Shown: positions 1 to 9,997 of the stretch, piece after piece
Layout: each line of letters starts with the position of its first letter
Position numbering within the stretch: the first letter of the stretch is position 1
IMG/VR virus record: IMGVR_UViG_3300009370_001552
Coordinates: 13,341 to 77,340 of that record
DNA length: 64,000 bases
Origin: a virus
Taxonomy: Duplodnaviria; Caudoviricetes
Direction: 5' to 3' (one strand)
The notes under the pieces: model-generated
What the model was told of the DNA's origin: nothing
The model's input: only the letters and a program-made list of their open reading frames with translations
Databases searched by the model: none
Translations under genes and position numbers: made by a program

Positions 1-433
1 AAAGCTCAAATGGTGCAGTTATTTTCCAACCCCATTGTTTTATGTGTTGTTCTGTTATTCCATCAACTGTATTTACTCTTGGTATCCAAATTAAATCAGC
101 ATCATTCATTTCTAATATCGGTTTAAGTTGCTCTAATAATATTTCATTCGGGTACTCATCGGCATCCAGATGGAAAATATAATCACCGAAGCAATTAGCC
201 TTCCCATAATTCTTTAACTCTGAAAAATCTCCATCAAAATCAAAATTTACTGAGCTGAAAGCTAATGGATCTTCGTAACTATATAGATAATCCCTGACCT
301 CATCACTACCATTTTTACTATCTCTAACTATAACAATTTCATCTCCATCTCGTTTGTGTTTTAGTAGAAATGGAAGTAATTTTTGTATTTCTTCAAGTTC
401 AGTGCAAACGGTAATGCAATAACTAATTTTCAT
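1..433 (-). CDS. Glycosyltransferase family 2 (3'-truncated by window edge)
   Basis: Manual translation from ATG at 433: MKISYCITVCTELEEIQKLLPFLL...DYIFHLDADEYP (GT-A DxD motif); frame open to base 1. Confidence 0.8.
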   Translation of the reverse strand, partial: MKISYCITVCTELEEIQKLLPFLLKHKRDGDEIVIVRDSKNGSDEVRDYLYSYEDPLAFSSVNFDFDGDFSELKNYGKANCFGDYIFHLDADEYPNEILLEQLKPILEMNDADLIWIPRVNTVDGITEQHIKQWGWKITAPFEL

Positions 434-941
434 TTTCAAATAACTCTATTTGTTTTTCATACTGTTTAGACTTTTCTTTGCCACTTAATGCTGATTCAAA
501 GTCGTAGTTTAATAATTCTACTAATTTCATTTTATCAAGTTTAAATGTTTTGTATATATTTGGAAGTGTTTTCTCAAGTTTTTTTATGTTTTTGTTATAG
601 AATACCTTTGGTGCTGAATATCCACTTGGAAACTTTAATGATTGATATTCAAACTTTCCATCACTTTCATTCAATATACCTTTACTCTCCTTTATAATTT
701 TCTTTAATTCAACTGGTGGGACTTCTGCTAAATCGAGACAGTGAGCTTTTTGATCCTTCATACCACCAGCAACTGGCCATAAGTTTAATATCAAAATTAA
801 ATACCGTTCTTTAGATGCAGTTTTACTGTCATATCTGATTTCATAAACTACTCCTTGTTTTAAATCACGGGGTTTGGATTTTTTACGACCCTTATTCCCA
901 CCGATAATTTTACCTCTATGTAATCTGTAGTACTTAGCCAT
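423..941 (-). CDS. Hypothetical phage protein
   Basis: 172-aa ORF abutting both neighbours; no motif recognised. Confidence 0.6.
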   Translation of the reverse strand: MAKYYRLHRGKIIGGNKGRKKSKPRDLKQGVVYEIRYDSKTASKERYLILILNLWPVAGGMKDQKAHCLDLAEVPPVELKKIIKESKGILNESDGKFEYQSLKFPSGYSAPKVFYNKNIKKLEKTLPNIYKTFKLDKMKLVELLNYDFESALSGKEKSKQYEKQIELFENEN

Positions 942-1401
942 TTCCTATATCCTTTGCAAATCCCATGTCTTTACATGCTGTTAAAAATTCATATTGTCCA
1001 TATTCTATTGCACCGTCTACATCAAGTTTTTCTGTGTAAAACTCATCATCTTTTCCTGGAATTGGATAGGATTGTTTTTCATTTTCAGTAACCTCTACTA
1101 CAGTTGCATATTTCCATACCCAATTATCTAATGATCCCTCTGGAAATATCATACCCATTTTACCCATATTTATAACGGATGGATACCAGTATATTTGTCT
1201 TTCTTCATCAAAAAACTCTAAATCTTTAACAAGTTTAGAAGTGGTTTCTAATAGTTTTGCTCTTTCTGTGTTGTCCTCTGTATAAAAGGTATTACTGGTA
1301 AATCCGCAATTAAAACAGATGAAGCTGCTAAATGTTTCCTGTATATCTTCAAAACAAGTATCTTTATCATAACATACAGGACAATCTATTACTCTTTCCA
1401 T
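934..1401 (-). CDS. Hypothetical protein with N-terminal Cys pairs (possible Zn-binding)
   Basis: CPVC...C...CFNC motifs. Confidence 0.6.
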   Translation of the reverse strand: MERVIDCPVCYDKDTCFEDIQETFSSFICFNCGFTSNTFYTEDNTERAKLLETTSKLVKDLEFFDEERQIYWYPSVINMGKMGMIFPEGSLDNWVWKYATVVEVTENEKQSYPIPGKDDEFYTEKLDVDGAIEYGQYEFLTACKDMGFAKDIGNG

Positions 1402-1402
1402 A

Positions 1403-2746
1403 TTATTTTACTCTCTTTAATTTTGGTAGCTCTATTGAAGGTTTCTCTTTTACTTCACCCACTTTTTTTAGTTTAGGTAATTTCAACTCCACAGGTTGTG
1501 CTGGTGCCTCAAAATCAGGTAAGTATTTATCAAGTATTTTCTCAAACTTTACAGTCATTGCATCAAGTGAGAACTTTGTCTTATTCACTATACCCTGTTT
1601 CTTTGACTTTACCAAGTATTTATTATAATTATCATGAACATCTTTTAACATTTTAGATGCGTAATTATAATTTACAGTGAACCACTGCGTTCCTTTAATG
1701 TGCATTCCCTTTTGTAGTGACTCCGCCTTAACATCATTCATACTGCCCGGCAATAATACTGATTTTTCATTATTCAAAAAATCTGTATGTCCACTCCAAT
1801 TTGGTGCAATTACTGGTTTTTCACTTAAAGATGCTTCAAGTAATGGGCGACCAAATCCTTCTCCGTGAGTGAATGAAACATGGACCTTTACCTTTGGATG
1901 ATTGTATAAATCATTCATCTCATCATCTCGTAAATCACCATGAAGAACATAAACATTTGGTAGATTACCACTTACAGTTTGTTTAATTTGACTTAATTTT
2001 TCAAGTATATCTTCTCTATCTAATATACAAGGAGTTGCACCACTTGTTTTTAGAATGAGTGCTGGTTGTTTCTTCTTATTCTTAAATGTTTCCAAGAATG
2101 TTTTAATCAACATACCAAGGTCTTTTCTATCATTTCCCAAACCACCTTGTAACCAATGACCTACGAATAAGAAACAAAAATCTTCATCTATTACTGATAG
2201 TTCATCTACCAAATCCTTTGAGAACTCATTTGTAGTTTTGTATATGTTTGTATCTGCACCTTCAAATAAAACCTCTACTGGAGTTTGACATCTAACTTCA
2301 CCAATTTTTTGTTGTGTCTGTTTATCATGTTTATCAAACACCACCTTCTCTATACTTTCCTTTACAAAGTTTGCAGGAACTATATTCAAATTCATTCTAT
2401 TTAGCCCTTCTACCCATTCAGGAGGACATACAGTAGTTTCAAGTCCTGCAGTTATGCCCAATGAAAATTTACCAATAGGATTGAATTCATTAGGAACACT
2501 CATTTGAATAAGTATATCTGGTTGTCTATCCATATTTGGACCAGATAGTATTCTCTTTATAATTGGAGTATCATTTGGATTACTTTCCTCAAGTGCATTC
2601 TGGGGAGTGGACCCCCACCTCATAGGCCAAACTTTTACATCAAATTTATCCATCATTACCAGCGAACGAACTATATCTCTGGCATGACTCCCGTACCCTG
2701 ATCTTGTTCCAACCGGACCTTGAAATAATAATAAAGGCTTATACAT
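1403..2746 (-). CDS. Glycosyltransferase family 4 (GT-B)
   Basis: SGYGSHARD N-terminal motif and FTHGEGFGRPLLEA (Ex7E); start moved to ATG 2746, which has GGAGG 9 nt upstream. Confidence 0.85.
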   Translation of the reverse strand: MYKPLLLFQGPVGTRSGYGSHARDIVRSLVMMDKFDVKVWPMRWGSTPQNALEESNPNDTPIIKRILSGPNMDRQPDILIQMSVPNEFNPIGKFSLGITAGLETTVCPPEWVEGLNRMNLNIVPANFVKESIEKVVFDKHDKQTQQKIGEVRCQTPVEVLFEGADTNIYKTTNEFSKDLVDELSVIDEDFCFLFVGHWLQGGLGNDRKDLGMLIKTFLETFKNKKKQPALILKTSGATPCILDREDILEKLSQIKQTVSGNLPNVYVLHGDLRDDEMNDLYNHPKVKVHVSFTHGEGFGRPLLEASLSEKPVIAPNWSGHTDFLNNEKSVLLPGSMNDVKAESLQKGMHIKGTQWFTVNYNYASKMLKDVHDNYNKYLVKSKKQGIVNKTKFSLDAMTVKFEKILDKYLPDFEAPAQPVELKLPKLKKVGEVKEKPSIELPKLKRVK

Positions 2747-3434
2747 ATATTTCAACCTCCCCACTATATTTAATTCTAATAAATTTCGATTTCATTACAT
2801 TCATAATTTCGTTTTGCCTCTTAATATCTATTTGTTTTAATTTACCATTTTTATTGTAATGGTGTGTTTCATCATATTCCACAACCACGCTTTTCTCTTT
2901 ATCATATCCATCTACGAAATATCTCGTATCTGGTATTTGATATTCTCCACCATTTTCTGCGTGTTGAAAGTTGTAACCATTTTCTTTTCCGTATTGTTCT
3001 ATTATTTTACAGGCTTCTGGGTTATACCTATTTTTCTTCCACTTTCTTAATGTATAAATAGATGCACATTTAATTGAACAATATTTAGCGGTATTCTTTC
3101 TATTATTTTGTACATAAAATACCATTTTGCAATTCTTACATTTAATTTCATATTCATCTTTTCCCAATGAAATTCCTATTTTATTTTCATTTGCACATTT
3201 TACAGAACAACATTTATACTTACTTTGATTTTTTTGTACATAAAACTCATTTTCACAATTTTCACAAATTTTATAAAACCCAGTAAATCTCCCAGTACTG
3301 TTTATTTTATTAGAACAACTATGACTACAATAGCGTGGAGTTTTTAATTTTAACATATATGGTTTATAATATACATCATTTTCACATTCCGAATTACAAC
3401 ACTTTTTATATTTTCCTGTTTTTTTTCTTCCCAT
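2739..3434 (-). CDS. Free-standing homing-type endonuclease: Cys-rich Zn repeats plus Vsr/PD-(D/E)XK-like domain
   Basis: Repeated CxxC...CSxxC units; C-terminal YFVDGYDKEKSVVVEYDETHH; likely start MGRKK at 3434. Confidence 0.75.
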   Translation of the reverse strand: MGRKKTGKYKKCCNSECENDVYYKPYMLKLKTPRYCSHSCSNKINSTGRFTGFYKICENCENEFYVQKNQSKYKCCSVKCANENKIGISLGKDEYEIKCKNCKMVFYVQNNRKNTAKYCSIKCASIYTLRKWKKNRYNPEACKIIEQYGKENGYNFQHAENGGEYQIPDTRYFVDGYDKEKSVVVEYDETHHYNKNGKLKQIDIKRQNEIMNVMKSKFIRIKYSGEVEIYV

Positions 3435-3564
3435 CACCACTCTCCCGTTTATCAATATATTCAATAATAATATGAGAAGTCCATTCATTCATTTTCAGGA
3501 AATTCTTCTTACAATAATCCTTCAATCTGTCATGAGCTTCTTTTGTTATTTTTAATGTTTTCAT
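3406..3564 (-). CDS. Small ribbon-helix-helix-like DNA-binding protein (not in ORF track)
   Basis: Manual translation MKTLKITKEAHDRLKDYCKKNFLKMNEWTSHIIIEYID... (52 aa), a strand-helix-helix pattern. Confidence 0.6.
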   Translation of the reverse strand: MKTLKITKEAHDRLKDYCKKNFLKMNEWTSHIIIEYIDKRESGDGKKKNRKI

Positions 3565-3580
3565 ATTATCTTCCATACTA

Positions 3581-3588
3581 ATAAATAT
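3581..3588 (-). promoter_or_regulatory. Putative phage promoter motif ATATTTAT
   Basis: Intergenic, just upstream of the RHH-endonuclease cassette; recurrent motif. Confidence 0.45.
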
Positions 3589-3627
3589 AAGAAAGTAGAA
3601 AAAAGTGTAGTTTTTTCTTCATTTAAT

Positions 3628-5079
3628 TTAAACTTTATATAATGTAAATCGTTTTCTTGGTGTCCATTTTTCAAATGCTGTATCCATATCATGAACAAAT
3701 CTGTCACACATTAGTTTTGCTGACATGCCCACTTCTTCTGTTAATAGATATTCTCTACCATATCCACCAAATTCTTTTCTCTTTTCAGGTCCTTCATTAT
3801 ACCACTCCATTAGTCTATCTGCCACATCATCAAACCTACATCTATCGTCAAATATATAAGGCGTTGGAATTGAACCCTGTAAACTTCTATTTGATGGCCA
3901 TACTGGTTTTACCCAATCTCCCCAAGTTAAATCAGGATTATCTTTCCATTTTCTATCATCATGTAATGAATGTACCCAATCATAATCTTTTTCCGTTAAT
4001 AGTTTGTCCTTATAAATAAATCCACACTGATCTTGTAGTCCACCAGTTACATTTACCGTTATTGGTGTTCCTGACATTAGACTTTCTGCCGTACCAAGTC
4101 CGTAACCTTCATTACTCGCAATGTTTATAGTTACATCTGCAATATTATAGAGAAAATTGAGTTGTTCGTCATCTATCTTTTGGTGTGAAAATATAACATC
4201 ATAATCAGGACAAACAGAATCAACCACTCGTGGTAAATCTGTTCCATTTTGGTCTACTGGTTGAGTGTGCATAATCAACACACATTTATCTGCATTTTCT
4301 TTTGGTAATTGGTCACAGAATGTTTTATATGCCATAATCACATCACTTGGAACTTTTCTTCTAATGTTTCTATTGTTCCAAAATACTATAAAATCCTTTT
4401 CTGTATTATGAAGTACTGATTTTCTATATCCCTGTAGTTTGTTCCAGGCTTCCATATCTAATTCATTTATTGGAAAGAACTTATCTTCTGGAATACCATG
4501 TGGAACATATGTACAATCCCAATCTGTTCTCGGTTTCTTCACGGCAGCATCTCTAACCATTGCAACAGATTGCTTGGATATGCTCATAATCAAATCAGAG
4601 CTTTCATAGAAAAACTCGTTGTATCTTGGAGTAGGGCGGTCGTCCCAGATTGAATAGTAAAAAATTGGAATGTGTTGGCGTAATTCATGTTCCATTTGAT
4701 ATAACCACCCCCAAAAGCGAGGGTCTGTATAATGAAGTATGGCGTCTGGTTTTTCAATGTTCATCAACTGACGAAGTAATTCCTGATTTCCATAACCACT
4801 AATTGGATATATTTTAAGATAGGCATCTTCAATTCCAGTTTCTTCACGGACTGAATCATTCATATCCACCACTTTACCTTCTTCTGGATGTTTGATTGCT
4901 CCACCTGCTTGACAAAATTTATATCTATGTAACATTCCAAGTACAAAGTTTTTGGAGACTGTACCAACTCCACTACTCATTCTTAAATCATCCGATAATA
5001 ATAATATAGTTTTTCTATCTTCTATCGGAAGAACTTCAGTTCCGTTTCTTATGTCTCCAATCTTATATTTTTTCATCAT
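3628..5079 (-). CDS. Glycosyltransferase family 4 (GT-B)
   Basis: SDDLRMSSGVG, WNNRNIRRK, ASNEGYGLGTAE (Ex7E). Confidence 0.85.
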   Translation of the reverse strand: MMKKYKIGDIRNGTEVLPIEDRKTILLLSDDLRMSSGVGTVSKNFVLGMLHRYKFCQAGGAIKHPEEGKVVDMNDSVREETGIEDAYLKIYPISGYGNQELLRQLMNIEKPDAILHYTDPRFWGWLYQMEHELRQHIPIFYYSIWDDRPTPRYNEFFYESSDLIMSISKQSVAMVRDAAVKKPRTDWDCTYVPHGIPEDKFFPINELDMEAWNKLQGYRKSVLHNTEKDFIVFWNNRNIRRKVPSDVIMAYKTFCDQLPKENADKCVLIMHTQPVDQNGTDLPRVVDSVCPDYDVIFSHQKIDDEQLNFLYNIADVTINIASNEGYGLGTAESLMSGTPITVNVTGGLQDQCGFIYKDKLLTEKDYDWVHSLHDDRKWKDNPDLTWGDWVKPVWPSNRSLQGSIPTPYIFDDRCRFDDVADRLMEWYNEGPEKRKEFGGYGREYLLTEEVGMSAKLMCDRFVHDMDTAFEKWTPRKRFTLYKV

Positions 5080-5106
5080 TGTTTCATTTATAACCTCATT
5101 TTCTAT

Positions 5107-5310
5107 TTAAAAATTACTACCACTTGCTTCAAGTTCAGTATATTCCACTATAGATTTCTTATATTCTTCATCATTCAAGTATCTATTCATTGACCTATTT
5201 ACCAATTTTTGTAGAGTGAATTCTTCTCTTAATGCCACTTCCTTAAATCTCTTATATAAATCCGTTATTATTTTAACGGAAGTTAGTTTTGCATCACTTT
5301 TCATATTCAT
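5107..5310 (-). CDS. Small ribbon-helix-helix-like protein
   Basis: KLTSVKI...LYKRFK...FTLQKLVNRSM pattern. Confidence 0.55.
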   Translation of the reverse strand: MNMKSDAKLTSVKIITDLYKRFKEVALREEFTLQKLVNRSMNRYLNDEEYKKSIVEYTELEASGSNF

Positions 5311-5375
5311 CCCTTATTCTATTTATATTTTCGTTTACTAACGGATCCGAAAACTCTTTTATATTTTTTTTAAAC

Positions 5376-5693
5376 TTATACAGGCCAAAGTGCTTCACTT
5401 ACCTGTTCTATGTATGTGGTTAAAGCATAAGTCTTAATAAACTCATCGTCAGATGTTAAGAGTTCTTCCAAAATTACGAGAGATTCACCATAAAAATCTT
5501 CTGCCGTATCATCTATAGGGATATCCACCTCATCTGCCTCAATGATTTTTATTAAAGTATCATACTCAATACTACTAACTCTATCCTCGTGCACAATCCC
5601 ATAGTTCCATACTAATTTATATAATATTTCACTTAAATCGCGAAATACTTCTAAAGGTGTTCCTATAGAGTCGTAACTAAATACTTGTCCCAT
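5376..5693 (-). CDS. Hypothetical acidic protein
   Basis: 105-aa ORF in operon context. Confidence 0.55.
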   Translation of the reverse strand: MGQVFSYDSIGTPLEVFRDLSEILYKLVWNYGIVHEDRVSSIEYDTLIKIIEADEVDIPIDDTAEDFYGESLVILEELLTSDDEFIKTYALTTYIEQVSEALWPV

Positions 5694-5809
5694 TATTTTC
5701 CTCCAATTTCATTTGTCATGAATGGTTTTGCACTAACTCGGCCCAACTTTTCTCTTAAAGTTTCTAATCCCCAAATTACTACATCAATTGTTTTAATTAC
5801 ATATTTCAT
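5693..5809 (-). CDS. Small hypothetical protein (38 aa, not in ORF track)
   Basis: MKYVIKTIDVVIWGLETLREKLGRVSAKPFMTNEIGGK; GGAGA upstream; stop overlaps next start. Confidence 0.4.
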   Translation of the reverse strand: MKYVIKTIDVVIWGLETLREKLGRVSAKPFMTNEIGGK

Positions 5810-5831
5810 AAATTGTTCTCCGTATATACAT

Positions 5832-5841
5832 ATATATATCA
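5832..5841 (-). promoter_or_regulatory. Putative phage promoter motif TGATATATAT
   Basis: TGATATATATATGTATATAC, near-identical to the motif at 36011-36028. Confidence 0.45.
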
Positions 5842-5843
5842 AA

Positions 5844-6248
5844 TTAATCTAAAATTACAACTTTTTTTTCTAATTTTGTAGCGTATTCTATTGTGTTATT
5901 TGTTCCACTTGATTTATGACCCTTTGGTATGAATGCTACTATATAATCACTATATTCAGCTATTTGTTTATTTCTATCATGATAATTCCACACAGCGTAT
6001 TTCTTTCCATATTCACTTCTATCTAATATACAATGCTGATTGTACTGGTAATGTGATGGTGGAAACTCTACATATTTCATATCAAACTCAATAGCAAATT
6101 TCTTCGCATATCCATCGGCTCCATGTTTTTGACCACCACTAACTATTTCTACTTCATCACCAAACTTTTCCTTTAACCCAAATACGAACTCTCTAATCTT
6201 TCGTTTGTTTGCATATTTGCGAGATCCAACGCAACCAACTTTTACCAT
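5844..6248 (-). CDS. SLOG-family protein (DUF2493/YspA-like)
   Basis: VGSR...IVSGG..GADG...RNKQIAEYSD motifs. Confidence 0.7.
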   Translation of the reverse strand: MVKVGCVGSRKYANKRKIREFVFGLKEKFGDEVEIVSGGQKHGADGYAKKFAIEFDMKYVEFPPSHYQYNQHCILDRSEYGKKYAVWNYHDRNKQIAEYSDYIVAFIPKGHKSSGTNNTIEYATKLEKKVVILD

Positions 6249-6251
6249 AAC

Positions 6252-6701
6252 CTAATCCTCATAATCATTTCGTTTTTGTTTCCTTTTTACCTGTTGTTGT
6301 TTTGATGGTTTTGGATTGGATACAAATTCTATGGTATCTTTAAACTCACTCAATCCATCCAATATTCCCTCTACTTCTGATGTGCCTGTGAAATAATATT
6401 GAAACCTATAATTCAATTCTGGTGTTATATCTTTGACGTGTGTCATATTGAACCACGTAAAGTCACCCCTTTCTGTATAATTACCAACTTTTATAGTTGT
6501 CTTATAATGGAGTATTTTTTCATATCGTTCTAAAAACCCCTTTAAATCTTTGGATGTTATATCACCTTCATCATACCACAGTTGCAATTTAAACGGGTGG
6601 ATATCATACACTTCATTTATTTTGTCTATAACGGAATGTTCAATGTCCGTGTTTAAAAAATACGACAATTTTGTTCGCATACTAAAACTATGAATTATCA
6701 C
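6252..6701 (-). CDS. Hypothetical protein
   Basis: 149-aa ORF with coupled stop/start. Confidence 0.55.
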   Translation of the reverse strand: MIIHSFSMRTKLSYFLNTDIEHSVIDKINEVYDIHPFKLQLWYDEGDITSKDLKGFLERYEKILHYKTTIKVGNYTERGDFTWFNMTHVKDITPELNYRFQYYFTGTSEVEGILDGLSEFKDTIEFVSNPKPSKQQQVKRKQKRNDYED

Positions 6702-7579
6702 GTTGTTTCTCCAGGTTTCCTATCACACAAATCTGGTTGGTCTGCATACTCACACCATTTACAATTCTTTACTGATGGTAGTTTACTATAAATATGGTCT
6801 GTCCTATATTCTCCTTCATCTGTAAAACAATCATCTATAAAATCCTTTAATCGTCTATTTACTTTGTTTATAGATGGTGTGCCATTTGCAGGAGTAAATA
6901 TCTGTATTCTCTTTTGTGGAAAATCTGTTCCCTCATATAACTTTCGTTTTACTATAAAAAACTCTACATCAATTCTATCTAATGGAATATCAAATTGTTT
7001 AGAGAAAAACTGTTTGTATAATAATAACTGGTCTGTCTTGTTTTTATCTTTCTTTTGATATTTGTTCCAACCATATGTAGCTGTCTTAATATCAATAATT
7101 TTTATTCGTTCCAGTTTAACGTCACGAATTATCAAATCTATAAAACCCTTAAATTTAATATTTTTACTCATACCAAAATCAAGAGCGGTTTCTATTCCAA
7201 GCAATTCATATCCACGTTTACTAAAATACTGGTCTCGTTTTTTCTTAAAGAAATCTATAATTTTTAGTCCATCCTGATAAAACTCGTTCATTTCATCCTT
7301 TGTACAAATCTCTACTCCACCATTATTTTGTAAAGTTTCCACAAAATTTTCACGCATTCTATCTTCTAACATCTCATCAAGATAGAGTTCGTTTGCCTCT
7401 TTTATACTTTGAGTATACATTACTTTTAAATATTCTTGTAATACTTCATGCATACTTGCACCAAATAAGGTATGAATATTACCGTCAAATATTGATTTTT
7501 TATCTACATATGACAACTTCCACTTCCACGGACACTGCACCCACTGTGAATATTGGCTATACGATATAGTTTTAGACAT
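6698..7579 (-). CDS. PD-(D/E)XK exonuclease (RecB/Cas4-like)
   Basis: SYSQ..CP, GFIDLI, IIDIKT, QLLLY, C-terminal CKWC. Confidence 0.85.
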   Translation of the reverse strand: MSKTISYSQYSQWVQCPWKWKLSYVDKKSIFDGNIHTLFGASMHEVLQEYLKVMYTQSIKEANELYLDEMLEDRMRENFVETLQNNGGVEICTKDEMNEFYQDGLKIIDFFKKKRDQYFSKRGYELLGIETALDFGMSKNIKFKGFIDLIIRDVKLERIKIIDIKTATYGWNKYQKKDKNKTDQLLLYKQFFSKQFDIPLDRIDVEFFIVKRKLYEGTDFPQKRIQIFTPANGTPSINKVNRRLKDFIDDCFTDEGEYRTDHIYSKLPSVKNCKWCEYADQPDLCDRKPGETT

Positions 7580-7609
7580 AATTGATCTTACGAATAATTA
7601 ATGAGAAAG

Positions 7610-7855
7610 TCAAGCTAATTTTGACTTGACAGTCTCTTTACTCTGAACACCTACTAATCTTTCAACTTCCATACCATTTTCTTCTATTATAGTAGTTGGA
7701 ACTGACTTGACTCCCATTGAAGCTGCCATTGTTTGATTTTCATCTATGTCTATAAACTCTATACTATATCCCTCGCTAGACAATTCTTCCATTACTGGTT
7801 TGAATGACTTACAGGGCAGACACCAAACAGCCGTGTAGTATTTTGCTGTTTTCAT
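7610..7855 (-). CDS. Thioredoxin
   Basis: WCLPC active site and SVPT cis-Pro motif. Confidence 0.9.
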   Translation of the reverse strand: MKTAKYYTAVWCLPCKSFKPVMEELSSEGYSIEFIDIDENQTMAASMGVKSVPTTIIEENGMEVERLVGVQSKETVKSKLA

Positions 7856-7866
7856 TTTGTTTTCTC

Positions 7867-8280
7867 CTATTTACCCCATTTACCATTTTTAACTATTTGA
7901 GCAATAATACCATATACCGATATATCCTTGAAGGCATCCATTGTGGGTTCTGCCTGTCCTTCACTATTTCGTTTGATAATGAGATTGACTAATCTGTTTA
8001 CTTTGTCGTTTACTCTAACTACTAATGCCGTTAGTGATAATTTTACATCTGTTTCAGTTTTTAAATCTGTTCCCATACTGATATTGCCGGGACCATAATC
8101 GTGTTGTTTCAATGCGAATAACTCATATTGTTCTTCTTGTATTTTACGAAACTCACCCATCATTTCTGGCCAATCTCTTTCCATCAAATCTACTACACTG
8201 TCATTTGATTTAGGTTGAGTTGGTGAACCGTCATTTCCATAAATTACTTTTTTCTTACTATCTTTTATAAATTTTGTCAT
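7867..8280 (-). CDS. DUF1599 / nucleotide-modification-associated domain 1-like protein
   Basis: KQHDYG..NI, R.NDK..RL, D...Y.II pattern. Confidence 0.7.
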   Translation of the reverse strand: MTKFIKDSKKKVIYGNDGSPTQPKSNDSVVDLMERDWPEMMGEFRKIQEEQYELFALKQHDYGPGNISMGTDLKTETDVKLSLTALVVRVNDKVNRLVNLIIKRNSEGQAEPTMDAFKDISVYGIIAQIVKNGKWGK

Positions 8281-8289
8281 TACCCACTC

Positions 8290-8838
8290 CTATTTAATTT
8301 CATCGATAACACCGTATTCCAATGCTTCTTCTGCTGTTAGATATGTATCTTGTTTACTAATTCTTTCCCAAAATTCCTGGTCTTTATTTGTGACTTCACC
8401 GAGAATACGGTTGATATTACTTTGTAATTTTTTCAAATGATCTGCACCTTTTAAAACATCTGACGTTTTACCGGCCTCAAATGCTGAACCTTCGTGGACC
8501 ATCACAGTAGAATTTTTGCTCATAGAACGAACCCCTGTCCCACAGGAAAGAATAACTGCTGCCGCGGACATTGCTGCTCCAAAGCAATGAGTGTTCACTT
8601 TTACTGGTAGTGATTTGAAATAATCAATCGTTCCTAACATTGCATAAACATCACCACCATATGATGAAATAATCAAATTGATATCTTCACCTCTATTGTA
8701 ATGAATAAGGCTATCCAATCTCGTCATTGTAGAATACAAACTGTCAGTATCTATATCGTATGTAAGATACATTGTATTCTTGTTTATATCTATTCCCCAT
8801 TCAAGTTGTTTGAATAGTGTTTCTTTCGTTTCGTGCAT
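8290..8838 (-). CDS. clpP: ClpP-like protease subunit (copy 1)
   Basis: ISSYGGDV, AMSAAA (Ser), MVHE (His), DTYLTAEEALEYGVID. Confidence 0.9.
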   Translation of the reverse strand: MHETKETLFKQLEWGIDINKNTMYLTYDIDTDSLYSTMTRLDSLIHYNRGEDINLIISSYGGDVYAMLGTIDYFKSLPVKVNTHCFGAAMSAAAVILSCGTGVRSMSKNSTVMVHEGSAFEAGKTSDVLKGADHLKKLQSNINRILGEVTNKDQEFWERISKQDTYLTAEEALEYGVIDEIK

Positions 8839-8840
8839 TT

Positions 8841-8909
8841 TTACTCCTCTATTGTTATAAATTCACATCCAAGAAAATCTATTATTTCTTGTTTTCTTCG
8901 TTCATCTCG
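8841..8909 (-). pseudogene. C-terminal relic of Vsr-like endonuclease
   Basis: Translates RDERRKQEIIDFLGCEFITIEE*, nearly identical to the C-terminus of 36963-37796 (RDERRKQEIIDHLGCKFIEIKE*). Confidence 0.75.
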
Positions 8910-8917
8910 TAGTAAAG

Positions 8918-9997
8918 TCATTTTTTAAAAACAAATATTGGTTCGTACTTATAACCGGCCCCCATTACTGAAGATAATGTTAGTTCTATCACATCTTCAT
9001 AAGTAAATCCAACTTCCTTTGCAACTTTAATTGTACCTTCTTCTATAAATTTGTGTTTTGGTGTGTTCGATATATTAATCAACATATACTTTCCATCTTT
9101 TAATCCGTAATAACAATTTTCCATAGTCTGTCTCATAAACTTATTCATCCAAGCTTGTTCACTTGGAAACTTTATATAACTTTGAGTTGGTTCATCACTA
9201 TATTTTTCAGTGTCGAAATATGGTGGACTTGTGAAACATAGGTCAAGTGAATTTTTATCAGGACGATAAACTTCTGACCCACACTTATATATATCAACTT
9301 TTTTCCCTAAATACGAAAAATCTTTTTTCATTTCTAATAGACCTTCGTATGTCCTTGTAGCTGGTTCAGTTCCAATATAATGTTTAGTATTAGATGCTGC
9401 TAAAAATCCTAATAACCTGCCACCCCAACCACTTGACATATCTCTAATCACTGGACCACCATATTTTTCATAAATTAGTTTTGCTGCCGTTGGTCTGAAA
9501 TTAGATACTGATTGTGTTCCTGTATAAATCTTAATTGATTGTCGTAATCTGTTTTCGTGAAACTTATTATGGGTTCTCTCTCCTTCTCCACTCCAATGTT
9601 TAAGTTGCCACTTCCAACATTTCTTTATGGTTGACTTAAACTTATCATCATCTAAAAAAGTTTCCATTGGTGAGTTCATAGAATTTCCACATTGTATTTC
9701 CCAGAAAAACGGGAAGTAGGACCAAGCTAATCGTAAAGCATGCATAGTCTGTATAATTTTCTTATCCTCAAATATAGTGGATACATCAAATTTACGCAGT
9801 TTCCTCATATGAGAATGTTTCTCATCTTCTCGTATTTTGTAGTGAGGGAAACCGTGTCTGCGGTAATACTTGAATATGACATCTACACCATAATCAATAT
9901 CTACGGTATCTATATTATTTGTAACTCTCTCAAACTCTAAATCATCGAAATCATAATCAAAGAAATTACCGAGTGTTGAATAATCCGTTCTACTCAC
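8918..9997 (-). CDS. SAM-dependent DNA methyltransferase-like protein
   Basis: DMSSGWGGRLLG (motif I-like) and FTSPPYF (motif IV); paralog of 33075-34295. Confidence 0.75.
   Translation of the reverse strand: MSRTDYSTLGNFFDYDFDDLEFERVTNNIDTVDIDYGVDVIFKYYRRHGFPHYKIREDEKHSHMRKLRKFDVSTIFEDKKIIQTMHALRLAWSYFPFFWEIQCGNSMNSPMETFLDDDKFKSTIKKCWKWQLKHWSGEGERTHNKFHENRLRQSIKIYTGTQSVSNFRPTAAKLIYEKYGGPVIRDMSSGWGGRLLGFLAASNTKHYIGTEPATRTYEGLLEMKKDFSYLGKKVDIYKCGSEVYRPDKNSLDLCFTSPPYFDTEKYSDEPTQSYIKFPSEQAWMNKFMRQTMENCYYGLKDGKYMLINISNTPKHKFIEEGTIKVAKEVGFTYEDVIELTLSSVMGAGYKYEPIFVFKK

Noticed and set aside
5319-5327. TATAAATA (T4 late promoter) on the coding strand here and near 49338
   Set aside because: Only two copies in very AT-rich DNA; not distinguishable from chance.
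6698-7579. Cas4-like nuclease as evidence of a CRISPR system
   Set aside because: No repeat-spacer array or other cas genes were seen; such exonucleases are common in phage replication modules.
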